Shown here one piece after another: positions 38,069 through 52,580 of a stretch of DNA of 64,000 bases. The stretch is taken from assembly GCF_035084215.1 (NCBI RefSeq), contig NC_090340.1:15252001-15316000 (forward strand). Direction: 5' to 3'. Under the pieces are notes generated by a model, which was not told the DNA's origin, ran no database searches, and saw only the letters and a program-made list of their open reading frames with translations. Position 1 is the stretch's first letter. Each line of letters opens with the position of its first letter. The DNA is from Heptranchias perlo. Its lineage: Eukaryota. Made by a program: the position numbers and the translations under genes.

Positions 38069-39904
38069 CACCAACATTCATGCGATAGTGGAATATTTAA
38101 GGTTGTGCTGACTTTGATCTTGTATTGTATCTAAAGCTATTTGTGTATTATTCTGATGACTGCTTTGAGCAGCAGTCCACAAAACTTGCAATACGTCCAA
38201 TCAACAATATTTCCAAACATAGGCTTTACAGAAATACAAGGGGCAGCCCGTGACAAGCTGACGTAGGCAGTTCTAGCAGTGACTGGCTCAGTGAAAATGG
38301 CGCAATGCAAAAATGACGAAAGAAGCACCGACTATGCCCAGCTACCAACACAAAAGCAAAGTCGAGTACCAGAGGCTGTTTACTCCGAAGCAAGAATCAA
38401 ATAGCGATAGAATTTTAGATGTAGAGGTCACTGTTTGGTGTCTACTGATCGCTTTCCGTTGCGGTATCAACTAAGCGCGTATGTATACCGTGTGAGACCG
38501 TACCTCCGAGAGGTAACGCATTCGAGTGTAATATTAGAGAATGCAGTCTCTGGTCTTTACTTGCTGTTCAATTGCTTCCTGAATTTTCATTTTGCTGCTT
38601 TTAAGAGAAAGCTAACTTTCCTGACATACTTCCATGTTAAATCTGTATTATCTAACAAAAGACAAACTTCTATTTCAATTACAATGATACGCTAATAGTC
38701 TTGCTGTGCCTAATTATCATCTTAGAAAAATTCAATAAAAACAGTTTGTATACGATAAATCAACGATTCGTGCGCCTTTTTTGGGAGTAAAACTGAAAAA
38801 CCTTTGTGTTAATTTATGTGTCGCGTTAACGCGTTCTGACTTGCTGTCCAGGTGACGCTCCTGATATGGAAAGCAGGAATTTCCAGAGTATGGAAACCTA
38901 CTGAACGTAGTTTCCAGTTGTTTTATGTCCTCCAAACATCTGTTTACCCACGTGGCCACGTAGAATCATATAATCTTACAGAACAGAAGGAGTCCATGCG
39001 TCTGTTGTGCCTGTGCCTGCTCTTTGAAAGAGCTATCCAATTAGTCTCAATCCCTGCACTTTCCCCAAAGCCCTGCAATGTTTTCCTTTTCAATTATATA
39101 TCCAATTCCGTTTTGAATGTTCCCATTGGACCTGCTTCAACCACTGTTGCCCTTACTTCCAAGATTCATTATCCTATGGTGTTACCTTGTCAATTTTTTT
39201 CAATATCCATGCAAAAACATCTGCTGCATTTCCTATATCTAGTCTCTCTGCTGTTTCTCCAAAGCATCCTAAACTGAAAGTCAAGCATGATCTGCGTTTT
39301 CGAAATCCGTGCTGACTTGCCTTGATGAGATCAGGTTTCTACAGGAAGACAGCAGTTTTATCCCGAATGACACAAGGCCTGGAAAATGCAAGGAAATATG
39401 CAACTGTTTACCTGCCGTCATGTTTCAGTTTACTTCACATTCGATGTTCTTATCTAATAACAATTCATTACTTCAAAATGGAGTCGAAGTGCTGCAGATT
39501 ATTTTGGTAATTAGTTAACCGAAAATGTATTACATCTATATACAGGAATCAAAAGGTCAATGTGGGGGCGTTCTATCAGTCCTGTATTCTGATAAAGTTT
39601 AAGCGATTAGCTGGGGATTTTACGGTTCTGGTGTTAGCTGCACCGATGTGTTGCTAAATATTGACACGGGCGAATCGCTTTTTCGAACGACGGAAATAAC
39701 ATGGTTCAGTCACTCAGCTCGAAGCACCAACACTTCTAATTCTAAATTTAACTCTGTTAATTGCAATATACTGAAAACGTATCTAGTGTCGAATAGCGGC
39801 AGTTATTGCTCATCGCATGGTTCAGTATAATTATAACAACACTTGATGTTCACATTCAATTAAGATTTTATTTCACATTTGATTTTTCATTGCAGCTTCC
39901 AGAA

Positions 39905-41200
39905 GAACATGAGAAATAGGAGCAGGATAGGCCATCCGGCCCCTCGAGCCTGCTCCACCATTCAATTATACCATGACAGATCTTCTACCTCAACTCCAAT
40001 TTCCCGCCCGATCCCCACACCCCTTGATTCCCTTAGAATCCAAACATCTATCGATCTCAATCTTGAATATACTAAACGACTGAGTGTCCACCGCCCCCTG
40101 GGGTAGAGAATTCCAAATACTCACCACCCTCTGAGTGAAGAAACCCCTCCTCAACTCAGCCCTAAATATCCAACACCTTATCCTGAGTCTATGCCCCCTA
40201 GTTCTAGACTCTCCAGCCAGGAGAAACATCTTTTCAGCCTCTACCCTGGACAATTCCTCTTAGAACCTTACATGTTTCAATGAGATTCCCTCTTATTCTT
40301 CTAAACTCCTGAGTATACAGCCATTCTACTCAATCTTTCCGCATAGGACAACCCTCTCATCCCAGGAATCAATCTATGGATCTCAGTCTTGAATATACTA
40401 AACGACTGAGTGTCCACCGCCCCCTGGAGTAGAGAATTCCGAATATTCACTTCGCTCTGAGTGAAGAAATTCCTCCTCATCTCTGTCCTAAATGTCCAAT
40501 ACATTATCCTGAGACTATGCCCCCTAGTTCTAGACTCTCTAGCCATCAGAGTCTAGAACTTTTAACATCCTTTTAGCATCTACCCTGGCAATTCCTCTTA
40601 GAACCTTGTATGTTTCAATGAGATTACCTCTCATTCTTCTAAACTCCTGAGTATATAGGCCAATGCTTCTCAATCTTTCTGCATAGGACAACCCTCTCAT
40701 CCCAGGATCAATCCAGTGAATCTTCGTTGTACTGCCTCTAAGCCAAGTATATCCCTCCTTAAGCAAGGAGACCAAAGCTGCACACAGTGTTCCAGGTGTG
40801 GTCTCACCAAAGCCCTGTACAATTGCGCCAAGACTTCCTTACTCTGGAATTCCAACCCCCTTGCAATAAAGGCCAACATACCACTTGCCTTCCTAATTGC
40901 TTGATGCAACTGCATGTTAACTTCCTTTGTTTCGTATACAAAGACACCCAAATCCTTCTGAACACCAACGTTAAATAGTTTCTCACCATTTAAAAATATT
41001 CAGTTTTTCTATTCTTCCTACCAAAGTGAATAAACTCACATTTCCCCACATCGTGCTCCTTCTGCCACCTTCTTGCCCACTCACTTAACCTGTCCATATC
41101 CCATTGCCGACTTTTCGCGTCCTCCTGACAGATTACTTTACCTCCTGGCTTTGCATCATCAGCAAACTTGGATACATTACACTCCGTTCCTTCATTTACT
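39905..41200 (-). mobile_element. CR1 3' part with an internal tandem re-duplication of the 3' segment
   Basis: SRTRGH..RI...FFTQ is encoded twice (39990-40253 and 40301-40546). Confidence 0.85.
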
Positions 41201-41229
41201 GCTTTCTTCCACTTTAGCCTTCACAGCCA

Positions 41230-42190
41230 AATAATATTACTTTTGGCAAAACGTTTTCAAACCTTTTTAATCTACAAACGTTGCAGATCAAATTTCAATT
41301 GTTGTTAAAGCATTTGGCATTTATTTAAGATAATACTCATTCAAGCTGTCATTTGAGCAAGCCCTCTTCCCTCTGATGTCTGCTGGATGCATGCGTCCAT
41401 CGGATAATCTCTTTTCTGACTTCTGTGGGGATGATATCGGGTTCTGATAATGAACCAATGTATCTACCAAATGTGTGTTTACGTTTGCAATAACCACCAA
41501 ATGTGTTCGATTTCAGGACAGCTCCAAAGGTTTTTATAAGAGTTCAGCGGTGGGCAATGGCTTTGGATCCGCTGAGGTGAACTGTCGTTTCTCCCAGATA
41601 GGTAAATAATCAGTCAGTACCAAATGAGTAAACTGGCTGCTAGAGAAAATGCTCAGTGCTCCCCGACATCCATCTGGATGGCATAGGCCACTTTGGCTAA
41701 TTCAGCTTACTGTGCTGAATGGCCTCCAGTTAAATCTTTCAATGCATCTGACAGTAATAACTTGGTGGGGGTGTGGGCAGTCATGACAACGAATTTATCT
41801 AATCCAGTGACACAGGCAAATTTGTTAGTGGCCCAGTAGACAGCTAAAAGGTGTTTCTCACAAGCGATCAACAGTGTTTCAGAGGAATATACCACAGGCA
41901 TCTGAACACCAAGTCGTTCTTGGAGCAAAGCTGACAACACCAAAATGCTGCTGTTCGCTACTTATTGCGGGTATGGTTCGCCAGCCTTTGGGGGTTAATT
42001 TTAATCCACTCGCTGTAATCACTTCTAACAGTTCTTTCAACAGATTGTATTGAAAAATGGAAGGGAAATTGTGAAATTCCTGTCGTAAACAGGTCCACGT
42101 ATACTGTTGCTCCTGTTGGGTGAAAGCAAATTTAAACTAGCACCGACTGGTCAATCTGTACTGCTTGGTCTATTCTGTCACACTCATTCT
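41230..42190 (-). mobile_element. Endogenous retrovirus pol fragments (RT, tether, RNase H), spuma/class III-like
   Basis: KFAFTQQEQQYTWTCLRQEFHNFPSIF (42047-42133), PVVYSS...EKHLLAVYWA (41707-41943), DYLPIWEKRQFTSADPKPL (about 41537-41620). Confidence 0.8.
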
Positions 42191-42195
42191 TGTGT

Positions 42196-44730
42196 TAGGA
42201 ACATAGGAACATAGGAACAGGAGTTGGCCATTCAACCCCTCGTGCCTGCTCTGCCATTTGGTAAGATCATGGCTGATCTGTGATCGAGATCCATATACCT
42301 GCCTTTGGCCCATATCCCTTAATACCTTTGGTTGCCAAAAGGCTATCTATCTCAAATTTAAATCTAGCAATTGAGCTAGTATCAATTGCCGTTTGCGGGA
42401 GAGAATTCCAAACTTCTACACCCTTTGTGTGTAGAAATGCTTTCTAATCTTGCTCCTGAAAAGTCTGGCTCTAATTTTTAGACTGTGCCCCCTACTCCCA
42501 GAATCCCCAACCAGCGGAAATAGTTTATCTCTATCCACCCTATCCGTTCCCCTTAATATCTTATAAACCTCGATCCGATCACCCCTTAACCTTCTAAACT
42601 CTAGAGAATACAACCCCAATTTGTGTAATCTCTCCTCGTAACTTAACCCTTGAAGTCCGGGTATCATTTTAGTAAACCTACGCTGCACTCCCTCCAAGGC
42701 CAATATGTCCTTCGGAGGATGCGGTGCCCAGAACTGCTCACAGTACTCCATGTGCGATCTAACCAGTGTTTTTGTATAGCTGCAGCATAACTTCTGCCCC
42801 TTTGTACTCTAGTCCTCTAGATATAAAGGCCAGCATTCCATTAGCGTTCTTGATTATTTTCTGCACCTGTTCATGACACTTCAATGATCTATGTACCTGA
42901 ACCCCTAAGTCCCTTTGGACATCCACTGTTTTTAACTTTTTACCATTTAGAAAGTAGCCTGTTCTATCCTTTTTTGATCCAACGTGGATGACCTCACATT
43001 TGTCTACATTGAATTCCATTTGCCACAATTTTGCCCATTCACCTAATCTATCAATATCGCTTTGTAATTTTATGTTTTCATCTACACTGCTTACAATGCC
43101 ACCAATCTGTGTGTCATCGGCAAACTTAGATATGAGACTTTCTATGCCTTCATCTAAGTCGTTAATAAATATTGTGAATAATTGAGGCCCCAAGACAGAT
43201 CCCTGCGGGACTCCACAAGTCACAACCTGCCAATGTGAATACTTACTCATTATCCCTACTCTCTGTCGCTTTTCGCTCAGCCAATTTCCTAACCAAGTCC
43301 GTACTTTTCCCTCGATTCCCTCGGCTTCTAACTCAGCTAACAGTCTCTTATGTGGGACCTTATCAAATGCCTTCTGGAAGTCCATATAAATAACATCCAT
43401 TGACATTCCCCTGTCCACTAATTTAGTCACCTCTTCAAAAAATTCAATCAGGTTTGTCAGGCACGACCTACCTTTCATAAATCCATGCTGGCTCTCTCTG
43501 ATTAACTGAAAATTCTCGAGGTGTTCAGTCACCCTATCCTTAATTATAGACTCCAGCAATTTCCCCACAACAGATGTTCGGCTAACTGAGCTGTAATTCC
43601 ACGGTTTCCCTCTCTCTCCTTTCTTAAAAAGCGGAGTGACATGTCCAAATTTCCAATCTAGAGGGACAGTTCCTGAATCTAGAGAAGTTTGAAAGATTAT
43701 AGTTAGGGCGTCTGCAATGTGCTCACCTACTTCCTTTAAAACCCTGGAATGGAAACCATCTGGTCCTGGGGATTTGTCACACTTTAGTGCTATTATTTTC
43801 TTCATTACTCTTGCTTTACTTATGTTAATTTTATCAAGTCCCTGTCCCCGATTCAATATCAGTTTTCTTGGGATTTCCAGCATGCTATCCTCTTTTTCTA
43901 CTGTAAATACTGACGCAAAGTAATTATTCAACATGTCCGCCTTTTCCCCATTGTCAATGATAATATCCCCACTTTCAGTTTTTAAGGGGCCAACATTGCT
44001 CCTGACCACTCTTTTTCCTAATATAACTATAAAAGTTATTTGTATTGGTTTTGAGATCCCTTGCAAGTTTCTTTTCATGCTCTCTTTTTGTAGCTCTTAC
44101 AATCTGTTTTGTGACCCTTTGTTGACCTTTGTATCTTTCTCATTCGACAGGATCTGTGTCATTTTTTGACTTTTGGTATGCCCTTTCTTACTTCTTATAC
44201 TGTCCCTTACCTCTTTAGTTGTCCATGGCTGTTTTTTTTTGGCAAGTAGAGTTCTTGCCCCTCAGGGGTATAAACCAGTTCTGTATCTCGTTAAATGTTT
44301 CTTTAAACATTTCCCACTGATCATCAGTCGTTTTACCCATTAACAGATTTGCCCAGTTTACTGTGGACAGTCTCTGTCTCATCCCATTGAAGTCGGCCTT
44401 ACCCAAGTCTAGAATCTTAGCAGCTGACTCACTTTTTTTCCCTTTCAAACACCACATTGAACTCGATTGGATAGATGTTCACGCACAGTTAAGCTGTTAA
44501 CTAAATCTGGTTCATTACTCATTACTAGTCAAGTATGGCTTGTCCCCTTGTTGTCTCTAGGACATACTGCTGTAGAAAACTATCCCGGACACACTCAAGA
44601 AATTCACCACCTTTCTGACAGTTGCTAGTCTGCTTTCCCCAATCTATGTGAAGGTTAAAGTCCCCCATTAAGACCACTATGCCTTTGTTACACGTTTGTC
44701 TAATCTCTGCATTTATACAATCTAGCACTT
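42196..44730 (-). mobile_element. Young CR1 LINE (APE remnant plus 439-aa RT ORF)
   Basis: [28 protein letters not shown] and a CATAGGAA tail. Confidence 0.93.
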
Positions 44731-44734
44731 CAAC

Positions 44735-45550
44735 AGGGGGCGATCTTTAGCAGTAGATCAAATTCTCTCAGTTTGAGTCGGGGCCACACTGCCAGGCCAT
44801 TGACCTTTTATCCCTATCAGCAGCACTCCTTGCGGAGAGCCTGCACCCACTTGCCACCAACACACATTTACCATGTCCACTACCACATTGTTCTTTCCCA
44901 TCCAATCTACTCATAAGATACCGTCCTTCGCTTCCTGTCATGTTTGAATCCACATTCTTGTGTGGTGAGTGTTTACATCCCCTACGTGATTTCCATCTCT
45001 ACCATCTTTCCCGTATCTCCTCCTCCTCCAAAGCCTCCTAGCTCTATTGTGTCTTGAAGTTCAAACTGATGGTCAAGTGCACCCATACCATTGTCTGCGA
45101 CACGCCTGTATCAACAAGCAATATCTGTCCCTGACTTTCATGGTGTGGTTCTGCGCTGTTTATTCTTCCACATGGGGGTAGTGGTGGGGGGAGGTGTCGG
45201 GCGAGAGAAAAGTGCTGGGGAAGGGTAGGATCCAAATGATCTAAGCGCTTCTTCCAGAATTCTATCTCCTGTCTCAGAGTGTTTATCTCAGATTTTAAAC
45301 TTTCCTCCACCTCTTATATTTTCTTTTGTCAGTGGGTGTGATCGCCCACTCCTGATACACTGCACTGGTGGTCCAGGTTTTGACATGGAATTCCTCGTGG
45401 GGAACTACTTAACTCATCTACCTTCTTTTATCACATTTTATCCTGTTTTTCCTGTCATTGTAGTTCGACATTACATGTTACTAATTTTCTGGCTCTATTT
45501 GCACTTTCAGTTTGAAGGTAATCTACTGATGTAATCAATATCGTGTTGCA
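44735..45550 (-). mobile_element. ERV gag C-terminus / protease fragment
   Basis: Coiled-coil segment followed by ILLVDTGVSQT, an aspartic protease DTG motif. Confidence 0.6.
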
Positions 45551-45929
45551 AGCAGTTGTATGAGCTAATTGATTTTTAGGCTCTAACTTTCGTTCCATCA
45601 ACTTTTTGATAAGGTCTCCGTCGGTTTCTAATTGTTTCTTAAGTTTTATAATTAGCTGTCGCTGATATAGGGATCAAGGGTGATGGGGGAAAAGTGTGAA
45701 CAGGGTAGTGAGTTAGACGATCAGTCACGATCATTTTGAATGGCGGAGCAGGCCCGAAAGGCCGAATAGCCTACTCTTGCTCCGATTTTCTATGTTCCTA
45801 TGTTTCTATAACACAACTCTAGCTTTCCAACTTCTCTTTTCACATGCTGTTCGTGGGTATGATCTTAACCAAATCACTTAGCTGTTCTCGGTTTCCTGCT
45901 TTTTCTATCAAGAAAATACGAGATATCAT

Positions 45930-48032
45930 TGACAGAGCGTCAGCAGCAGAGCTTATCAGGAGACCCAGAGCAGCAGATTCAAAAATAGTGCGAGGGCAGC
46001 AGCAGCAGAGCCTATCAGGTGACCTAAAGCGGCAGAGGGGAAATAAACGGACTGCAGCGGTTCAAGAAGGCAGCTCACCACTACCTTCTCAAGGGTAATT
46101 AGGGATGGGCAATAAATGCTGGCCTCGCCAGCGACACCCACATCCCATGAACGAATTAAAAAAAAACAGAGGGGAAGGCTCAAAACGTGATTTTATGGTG
46201 AGCACAGAGTGAGGCATGGAGGAGCCAAGGAATTACAGCTAATTGTTTAATTTATCATTTATCTTAACTATTAGGAGCATAATATCCTTTAGCGCAGAGT
46301 GTAAGTCAGTGTAAGTATTTAATTTATTGATAAGTGTATTTTGTGGATATTTTGTTTAGTGGTTATTGTTTTTTAGTGCTTGGTTGGTGCTTTTTAGTTG
46401 TTAGTGTTTTAGTGTCAGATAAACAATAAAGTCCCTTAAAGCTAAACAAACAGTTTAAGTAACTTTTAGCTAAAATGGCAGGACAATTGGGGCCAGTCTC
46501 ACGCACATCCTGTGCCACGTGGCAACTCCAGAACATTTTATGTGTCCTGGAAAGTCACATGTGTAGGAAGTGCCACCAACTGCTCAGGCTTGAGCTCAGA
46601 GTTTCTGCGCTTGAGGGGCGGCTGGCATCGCTACAGTGCATACGGGAATCTGAGAGTTTCATACATAGCACGTTTCAGGAGGTGGTCACTCCCACAGCTA
46701 CAGAGAGATCAGGCAGAGATGGAGTGGGTGACGAGCAAACAGACTAGGAGGAACAGGCAGGCAGTGAAGGAGCTCCCTGGGAGTGTGGCACTCTCAAACC
46801 CGTATTCAGTGTTGAATTCCAGTGAGGGTGTTGACATTTCGGGGGAGTGCAGTCAGTAGCAAATCCACACGCCATGAAAGACTCGGCTGCACTGGGGGGG
46901 CCAAAAAAATGCAGTCTTTCCTCGGTGGTGGGCAAGCCAATAGAATCAATACTGAGAGATAGGATAAACTGTCACTTGGAAAGGTATGGTTTAATCAGGG
47001 ATGGTCAGCATGGATTTGCTCAGGAAGGCCATGCCTTACAAATCTGATTGAATCCTTTGAGCAAGTGACAAGGAGGATTGATGAGGGTAGTACAGTGGAT
47101 GTTGTCTACATGGATTTTAGTAAGGCATTTGACAAGGTCCCACATGGCAGACTGGTCAGAAAGGTAAAAGCCCATGGGATACAGGGAAATGTGGCGAATT
47201 GGATCCAAAATTGTCTCAGGAACAGGAAACAAAGGGTAAAAGTCGATGGATGTCTTTGCGAATGGAAATCCCTTTCCAGTGGTGTGACACAGGGCTCACT
47301 GTTGGGTCCCTTGCTGTTTGTGGAATATATTAATGATTTGGATTTGAATGTAAGGGATATGATTGGCAAATTTGCGGACGACATTGGCCGTGTAGTTGAA
47401 AGTGAAGAGGATAGCTGTAGACTCCAAGAAGATATCAATGGTTTGGTGGAGTGGGCGGAAAAGGAGTTCAACCCAGAGAAGTGTGAGGTCATGCACTTAG
47501 GGAGTGCAAACAGTAAAAGGGAATACACAGTAAACAGGAATATATTGAGAGGGGTAGAGGAAGTGAGAGACCTTGGAGTGCATGCGCACAGGTCCCCGAA
47601 GGTTGCAGTACAGGTCGACAAGGTTGTGAAGAAGGCATTCGGAATGCTTTCCGTTATTAGCCAAGGTATAGAATAAAAAAGCCACAGCTGGAGTATTGTA
47701 CACTGTTCTGGTCACCACATTACAGGAAGGACATAATTGCTCTGGAAAGAGTGCAGAGAGGATTTACAAGAATGTTGTCAGGGCTTGAAAATTGCAGCTA
47801 CGAGGAGAGATTGGATAGGGTGGGATTGTTTTCCTTGGAGCAGAGGAGGCTGAGGGGAGACTTGATTGAGGTGTACAAAATTATGCAGGGCCCAGATAGA
47901 ATAGACAGGAAGTACCTGTTTCCCCTAGTAGAGAGTTCAAGAACTAGAGGACATAGATATAAGCTGATTGGGGGAAGGATTAGTGGGGACATGAGTAAAA
48001 ACTTTTTTTACCCAGAGGGTGGTGGGTGTATG
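45930..48032 (+). mobile_element. CR1 with ORF1 N-terminus and an internal deletion joining to RT
   Basis: MAGQLGPV..SC..W...CRKC..L.LELRV (ORF1 zinc-finger/zipper) followed by RT motifs. Confidence 0.85.
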
Positions 48033-49220
48033 GAAACATAGAAACATAGAAAATAGGAGCAAGAGGAGGCCATTCGGCCCTTCGGTCCTGCTCAGCCATT
48101 CAAAATGATCATGGCTGATCGTCTAACTCAGTATCCTGTTCCCGCTTTTTCCCCATATCCCTTGATCCCTTTCGCATTAAGAAATATATCTATCTCCTTC
48201 TTGAATACATCTAATGACTTGGCCGCCACTGCCTTCTGTGGTAGAAAATTCCACCCTCTGAGTGAAGAAATTTCTCCTCATCTCGGTTCTAAATGGCATA
48301 CCCCGTATCCTGAGATGGTGACCCCTGGTTCTGGACTCCTCAGCCATCGGGTACACCCTCCCTGCATCTAGTCTGTTTAGTCCTGTTAGAATTTTAAATG
48401 TTTCGATGAGAACACCTCTCATTCTTCTAAACTCTATTGAATATAGGCCTAGTTGACCCAATCTCTCCTCATACATCAGTCCTGCCATCCCAGGAATCAG
48501 TCTGGTTAACCATCGTTGCACTCCCTCCATGGCAAGGACATCCTTCCTCAGATAAGGAGACCAAAACTGCACACAATACTCCAGATGTGATCTCACCAAG
48601 GCCCTGTATAACTGCCGTAAGATATCCCTGCTCCTGTATTCAAACTCTCCTGCAATGAAGGCCAATATATCATTCGCCTTCCTAACTGCTTGCTGCACCT
48701 GACTGCTCGCTTTTAGCGACTGGTGCACAAGAACACCCAGGTCTCGTTGCACCTCCCCTTTTCCCAATCTATCACCATTCAGGTAATAATCTGCCTTTCT
48801 GTTTTCACAACCAAAGTGGATAACCTCACATTTATCCACGTTATACTACATCTGCCATGTTCTTGCCACTCACCCAACTTGTCTAAATCACATTGGAGCC
48901 TCTTTGCATCCTCCTCACAGCTCACATTCCACCCCAGCTTTGTGACGTCTGCAAACGTAGGAATGTTACATTTAGTTCCCTCATCCAAAGCATTGATATA
49001 TATTGTGAATAGCTGGGGTCCAAGCACTGATCCCTGCGGTACCCCACTAATCAAAAAGACCCGTTTATTCCTAATTACTGTTTCATGTCTGTCAACCAAA
49101 TTCTCAATCCATGCCAGTATATTCCCCCCAATCCCATGTGCTTTAATTTTGCACACTAACCTCTTGTGTGGGACCTTATCAAAAGCCTTCTGAAAATCCA
49201 AATACATCACATCCGCTGCC
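48033..49220 (-). mobile_element. CR1 3' part
   Basis: [17 protein letters not shown] and a CATAGAAA tail. Confidence 0.9.
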
Positions 49221-49234
49221 CGCATTGGTGGCAG

Positions 49235-52200
49235 ACGCAGAGTCCCTCAACTCTTTTGAAAAGTACCTGGACCTGCACCTAAAGTGCTGTAAGCTGCAGG
49301 GCTACAGACCGGGTGCTGGAATGTGGGTTTAGAATGGGCACCCGGTTGTTCTTCGAGCCGGCGCAGACACGATGGGCCGAATGGCCCCCTTCTGTGCTGT
49401 ATCTTTTCTATGATTCTATTCGATGGTTCTATTAAACGGGATTCGATAGTAGGGAGATAGACAGGCATTTCTGCAACCGCCGACGTGAGTCCTGCATGGT
49501 GTGTTGCCTCCCTGGTGCCAGGGCAAAGGACGCCACGAAGAGGGTGCAGAACATTTTGAGGGGGCAAAGGGAACAGTCAGAAGTTGTGGTCCATGTGGGA
49601 ACCAATGACAAAGGAAGGAAAAGGGTTGAGATCCTGCAGTCAGAGTTTCTGAGCTTAAGGGGCGGCTGGCATCGCTACAGTGCATATGGAGGTGATCACT
49701 CAGCAGCTATAGACAGTTCAGGCAGATAGGGAGTGCGCGACTCATGTCGGCACTTGCAAGGGAGTAAGTTGAAAAGTAGGACCTCAAAAGTACTAATCTC
49801 TGGGTTACTCCCAGTGCCACTCGCTAGTGATTATAGCAATTGTAGGATAAGACAGGTTAATGTGTGGCTGGAGCATTGGTGCAGGAGGGAGGACTTCAGA
49901 TTCCTGTGACATTGGGGCCATTTCTGGGGCTGGAGGGATCTGTTCAAGACGGACGTGTTGCACCTCAATAGAGTTGGGACCAATGTCCTCACGGGGAGGT
50001 TAACTAGTGATACGGGAAGGGTTTAAACTAATTTGACTGGGGATGGGCAGCAGTAGGAAATATTAGAGATCAGAAACAAGGTTCACAGAGGACTGGGAGG
50101 GACAACTAGCACTAGAGTAAAGAGTAGTTCAGAAATAGGAGGCATCAGACAAGCGGCAAATGCAAGGCAGTCCAAGATGAGATTGGAGTGCGTGTGCATA
50201 AATGCACCTAGTGTGGTAAATAAGGCTGGTGAGCTTCATGTTCAAGTTGCCAAATGGAACTATGATACAGTGGCAAAAACAGTCCTGGCTCAAAGAAGAG
50301 GACGATTGGGTATTTAATATTCCTGGCTACAAGGTATTCAGGAAATATAGGGAAGGAAAGAAGGGGGTGGCAGTATTGATCAAAGAAAGTATTGTAGCAC
50401 TGCAAAGGAATGATGTAGCTTTGGTGTCAAAGACAGAATCTATTGGGTTATTAGTAAGGAACAATAGAGGAGCTATTTCCCTACTGGGTGCATGCTATAG
50501 GCCACCAACTAGTGAGGAGGAGGAAGAGGAGGAAATATGCAGGCAAATCACAGAAAGATGCAAGAACTATAGAGTAGTGATAACGGGGGTCTTCAATTAC
50601 CCTAATATAGACTGGGACAGTAAAAGCATAAAGGGCAAAGAGAGAGAGAAATTCCTAAAATGTATTCATGAGAACTTTCTGGAACAGTGTGTTTCCAGCC
50701 CAACCAAGAAGGAATCAGTGCTGAATCCAATTCTGGGGAATGAAGTGGGGCAGTTGCAGCATTTTTCAGTGGGGAGCATTTGGGGAACAGAGATCATAAT
50801 ATCATTAGGTTTAGAATAGTTATGGAAAAGGACAAGGAACAAGCAAATGTGAAAATGCATAACTGGAGGAGGACAAATTTCAGTGAGTTACAAGGGGTTC
50901 TTGCCCTGGTGGATTGGAATCAAAAATTGGTAGGCAAAGCAGTAATTGAACAATGGGAGGCTTCCACAGAGGAGTTGGCTCGGGTACAGAGTAGACACAT
51001 CCCTACGAGGGGAAAAGGAAGGCCATCCAAAGCTAGAGCTCCCTGGATGACTAAAGATATAGAGATTAGAATGAAAATGAAAATGGAGGCCTTATGAAAA
51101 TGTAAGGTTCATAATACAGTAGAGAGCTAGGCTGAATACAGAAAGTATAGCGAAGACCTAAGAAAGGGGAATAAGAGGGGCAAGGAGAAAGAATATGACA
51201 ACAGATCAGCGACTGTCATTAAACATAAAAGAGACCCCAAAAGTTTTTTTATAAACATTATAAAAAGTAAAAGAGGAGTCAAAGGAAGCGTGAGACCGAT
51301 TAGGGACCAAAAAGTAGATCTTATTTTGGAGGCAGAGGGCATGGCTTAGGCACTAAATGAAAACTTCGCATCCGTCTTCACTAGAGAATAGGATGCTTCC
51401 ATTGTAGCAGGAAAGGAGAAGGTAGTAGCAATATTGGGTAAGATAAAAATAGATAAAGAGGAGGCACTTAAAAGATTGGCAGTAGAAAAGTAGAAAGGTC
51501 ACCCGGTCCAGATGGGATACATTCTAGATTACTGAGGGAAGCAAGAATGGAAATTGCAGAGGCTCTGGCCACAATCTTTCAATCCTCCTTAGGTATGGGG
51601 ATGGTGCCGAAGGGCTGGGGGATTGCAAATGTTACAGCCCTGGTCCAAGAAAGGATGAGGGATAAACCCGACATTTACAGGCCAGTCAGCCTAACGTCGT
51701 TGGTGCAACAGCTTTTAGAGACAATAATCTGAGGCAGAATTAATTGGCACCTGGTAAAGTATGGGCTAATAAATAAAAGTCAGCACAGATTTGTAAAAGG
51801 AAAATTGTGTTTAACTAACTTGATTGAGTTCTTTGATGAAGTAACGGAGAGGGCTGATGAGTGTCGTGCAGGTGATGTTGTGTATGTGGACTTTCAAAAG
51901 CCACTAGATAAAGTACAAAATAATAGACTTGTTAGCAAAATTAAAGCCCATGGGATTAAAGGCACAGTGGCAGTGTGGATACGAAATTGGCTAAGGGACA
52001 AGAAGCAGAAAGTAGCGGTGAACTGTTGCTTTTCGGACTGGACGGAAGTACACAGTGGTGTTCCCCAGGCGTCAGCATTAGGACCACTGCTCTTTCTGAT
52101 ATGTATTAATGATCTGGACTTGGGTATAGAGGGAATAATTTCAACGTTTGCAGATGACATTAAACTCAGAAATGTAGTAAACAATGTGGAGGATAACAAA

Positions 52201-52580
52201 AGACTTCAGGGGGAGAAGTGTGAAATGATGCATTTTAGTAGGAAGAATGAGGAGAGGCAACATAAACTAAGTAGTATAATTTTAAAGGAGGTGCAGGAAT
52301 ACAGAGACCTGGGGGTGCACATACACAAATCTTTGAAGGTGGCAGGACAAGTTGAGAAGGCTGTTAGAAAAGCATATGGGATCCTGCGCTTTAACAAAGA
52401 GGCATAGAGTATAAAAGGAAAGAAGTTATGCTCGACCTTCATAAAACACTGGTTAGGCCGTAGCTGGAATATTGCGTTCAATTCCGGGCAACACACTTTA
52501 GGAAGGATATCAAGGCCTTAGAGAAGGTGCAGTAGAGATTTAGTAGAATGGTGCCAGGGACGTGTGGAGAGATTGGAGAA
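49235..52580 (+). mobile_element. CR1 3' scrap plus a degenerate CR1 (esterase, APE, RT)
   Basis: MVCCLPGARAKD...HVGTND, CYRPP, FNYPNIDW, CLTNLIEFF, FADD. Confidence 0.88.

Larger units (their letters stand above)
36750..39860 (+). repeat. Diverged segmental paralog of 13280-17400; a third partial copy lies near 28000-28700
   Basis: Shared motifs such as cagaaatcctcacagaatc (about 13399 / 36867), cagcagtccacaaa, and gttgctaaatattgacac-like blocks at about 17300, 28470 and 39650. Confidence 0.8.
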
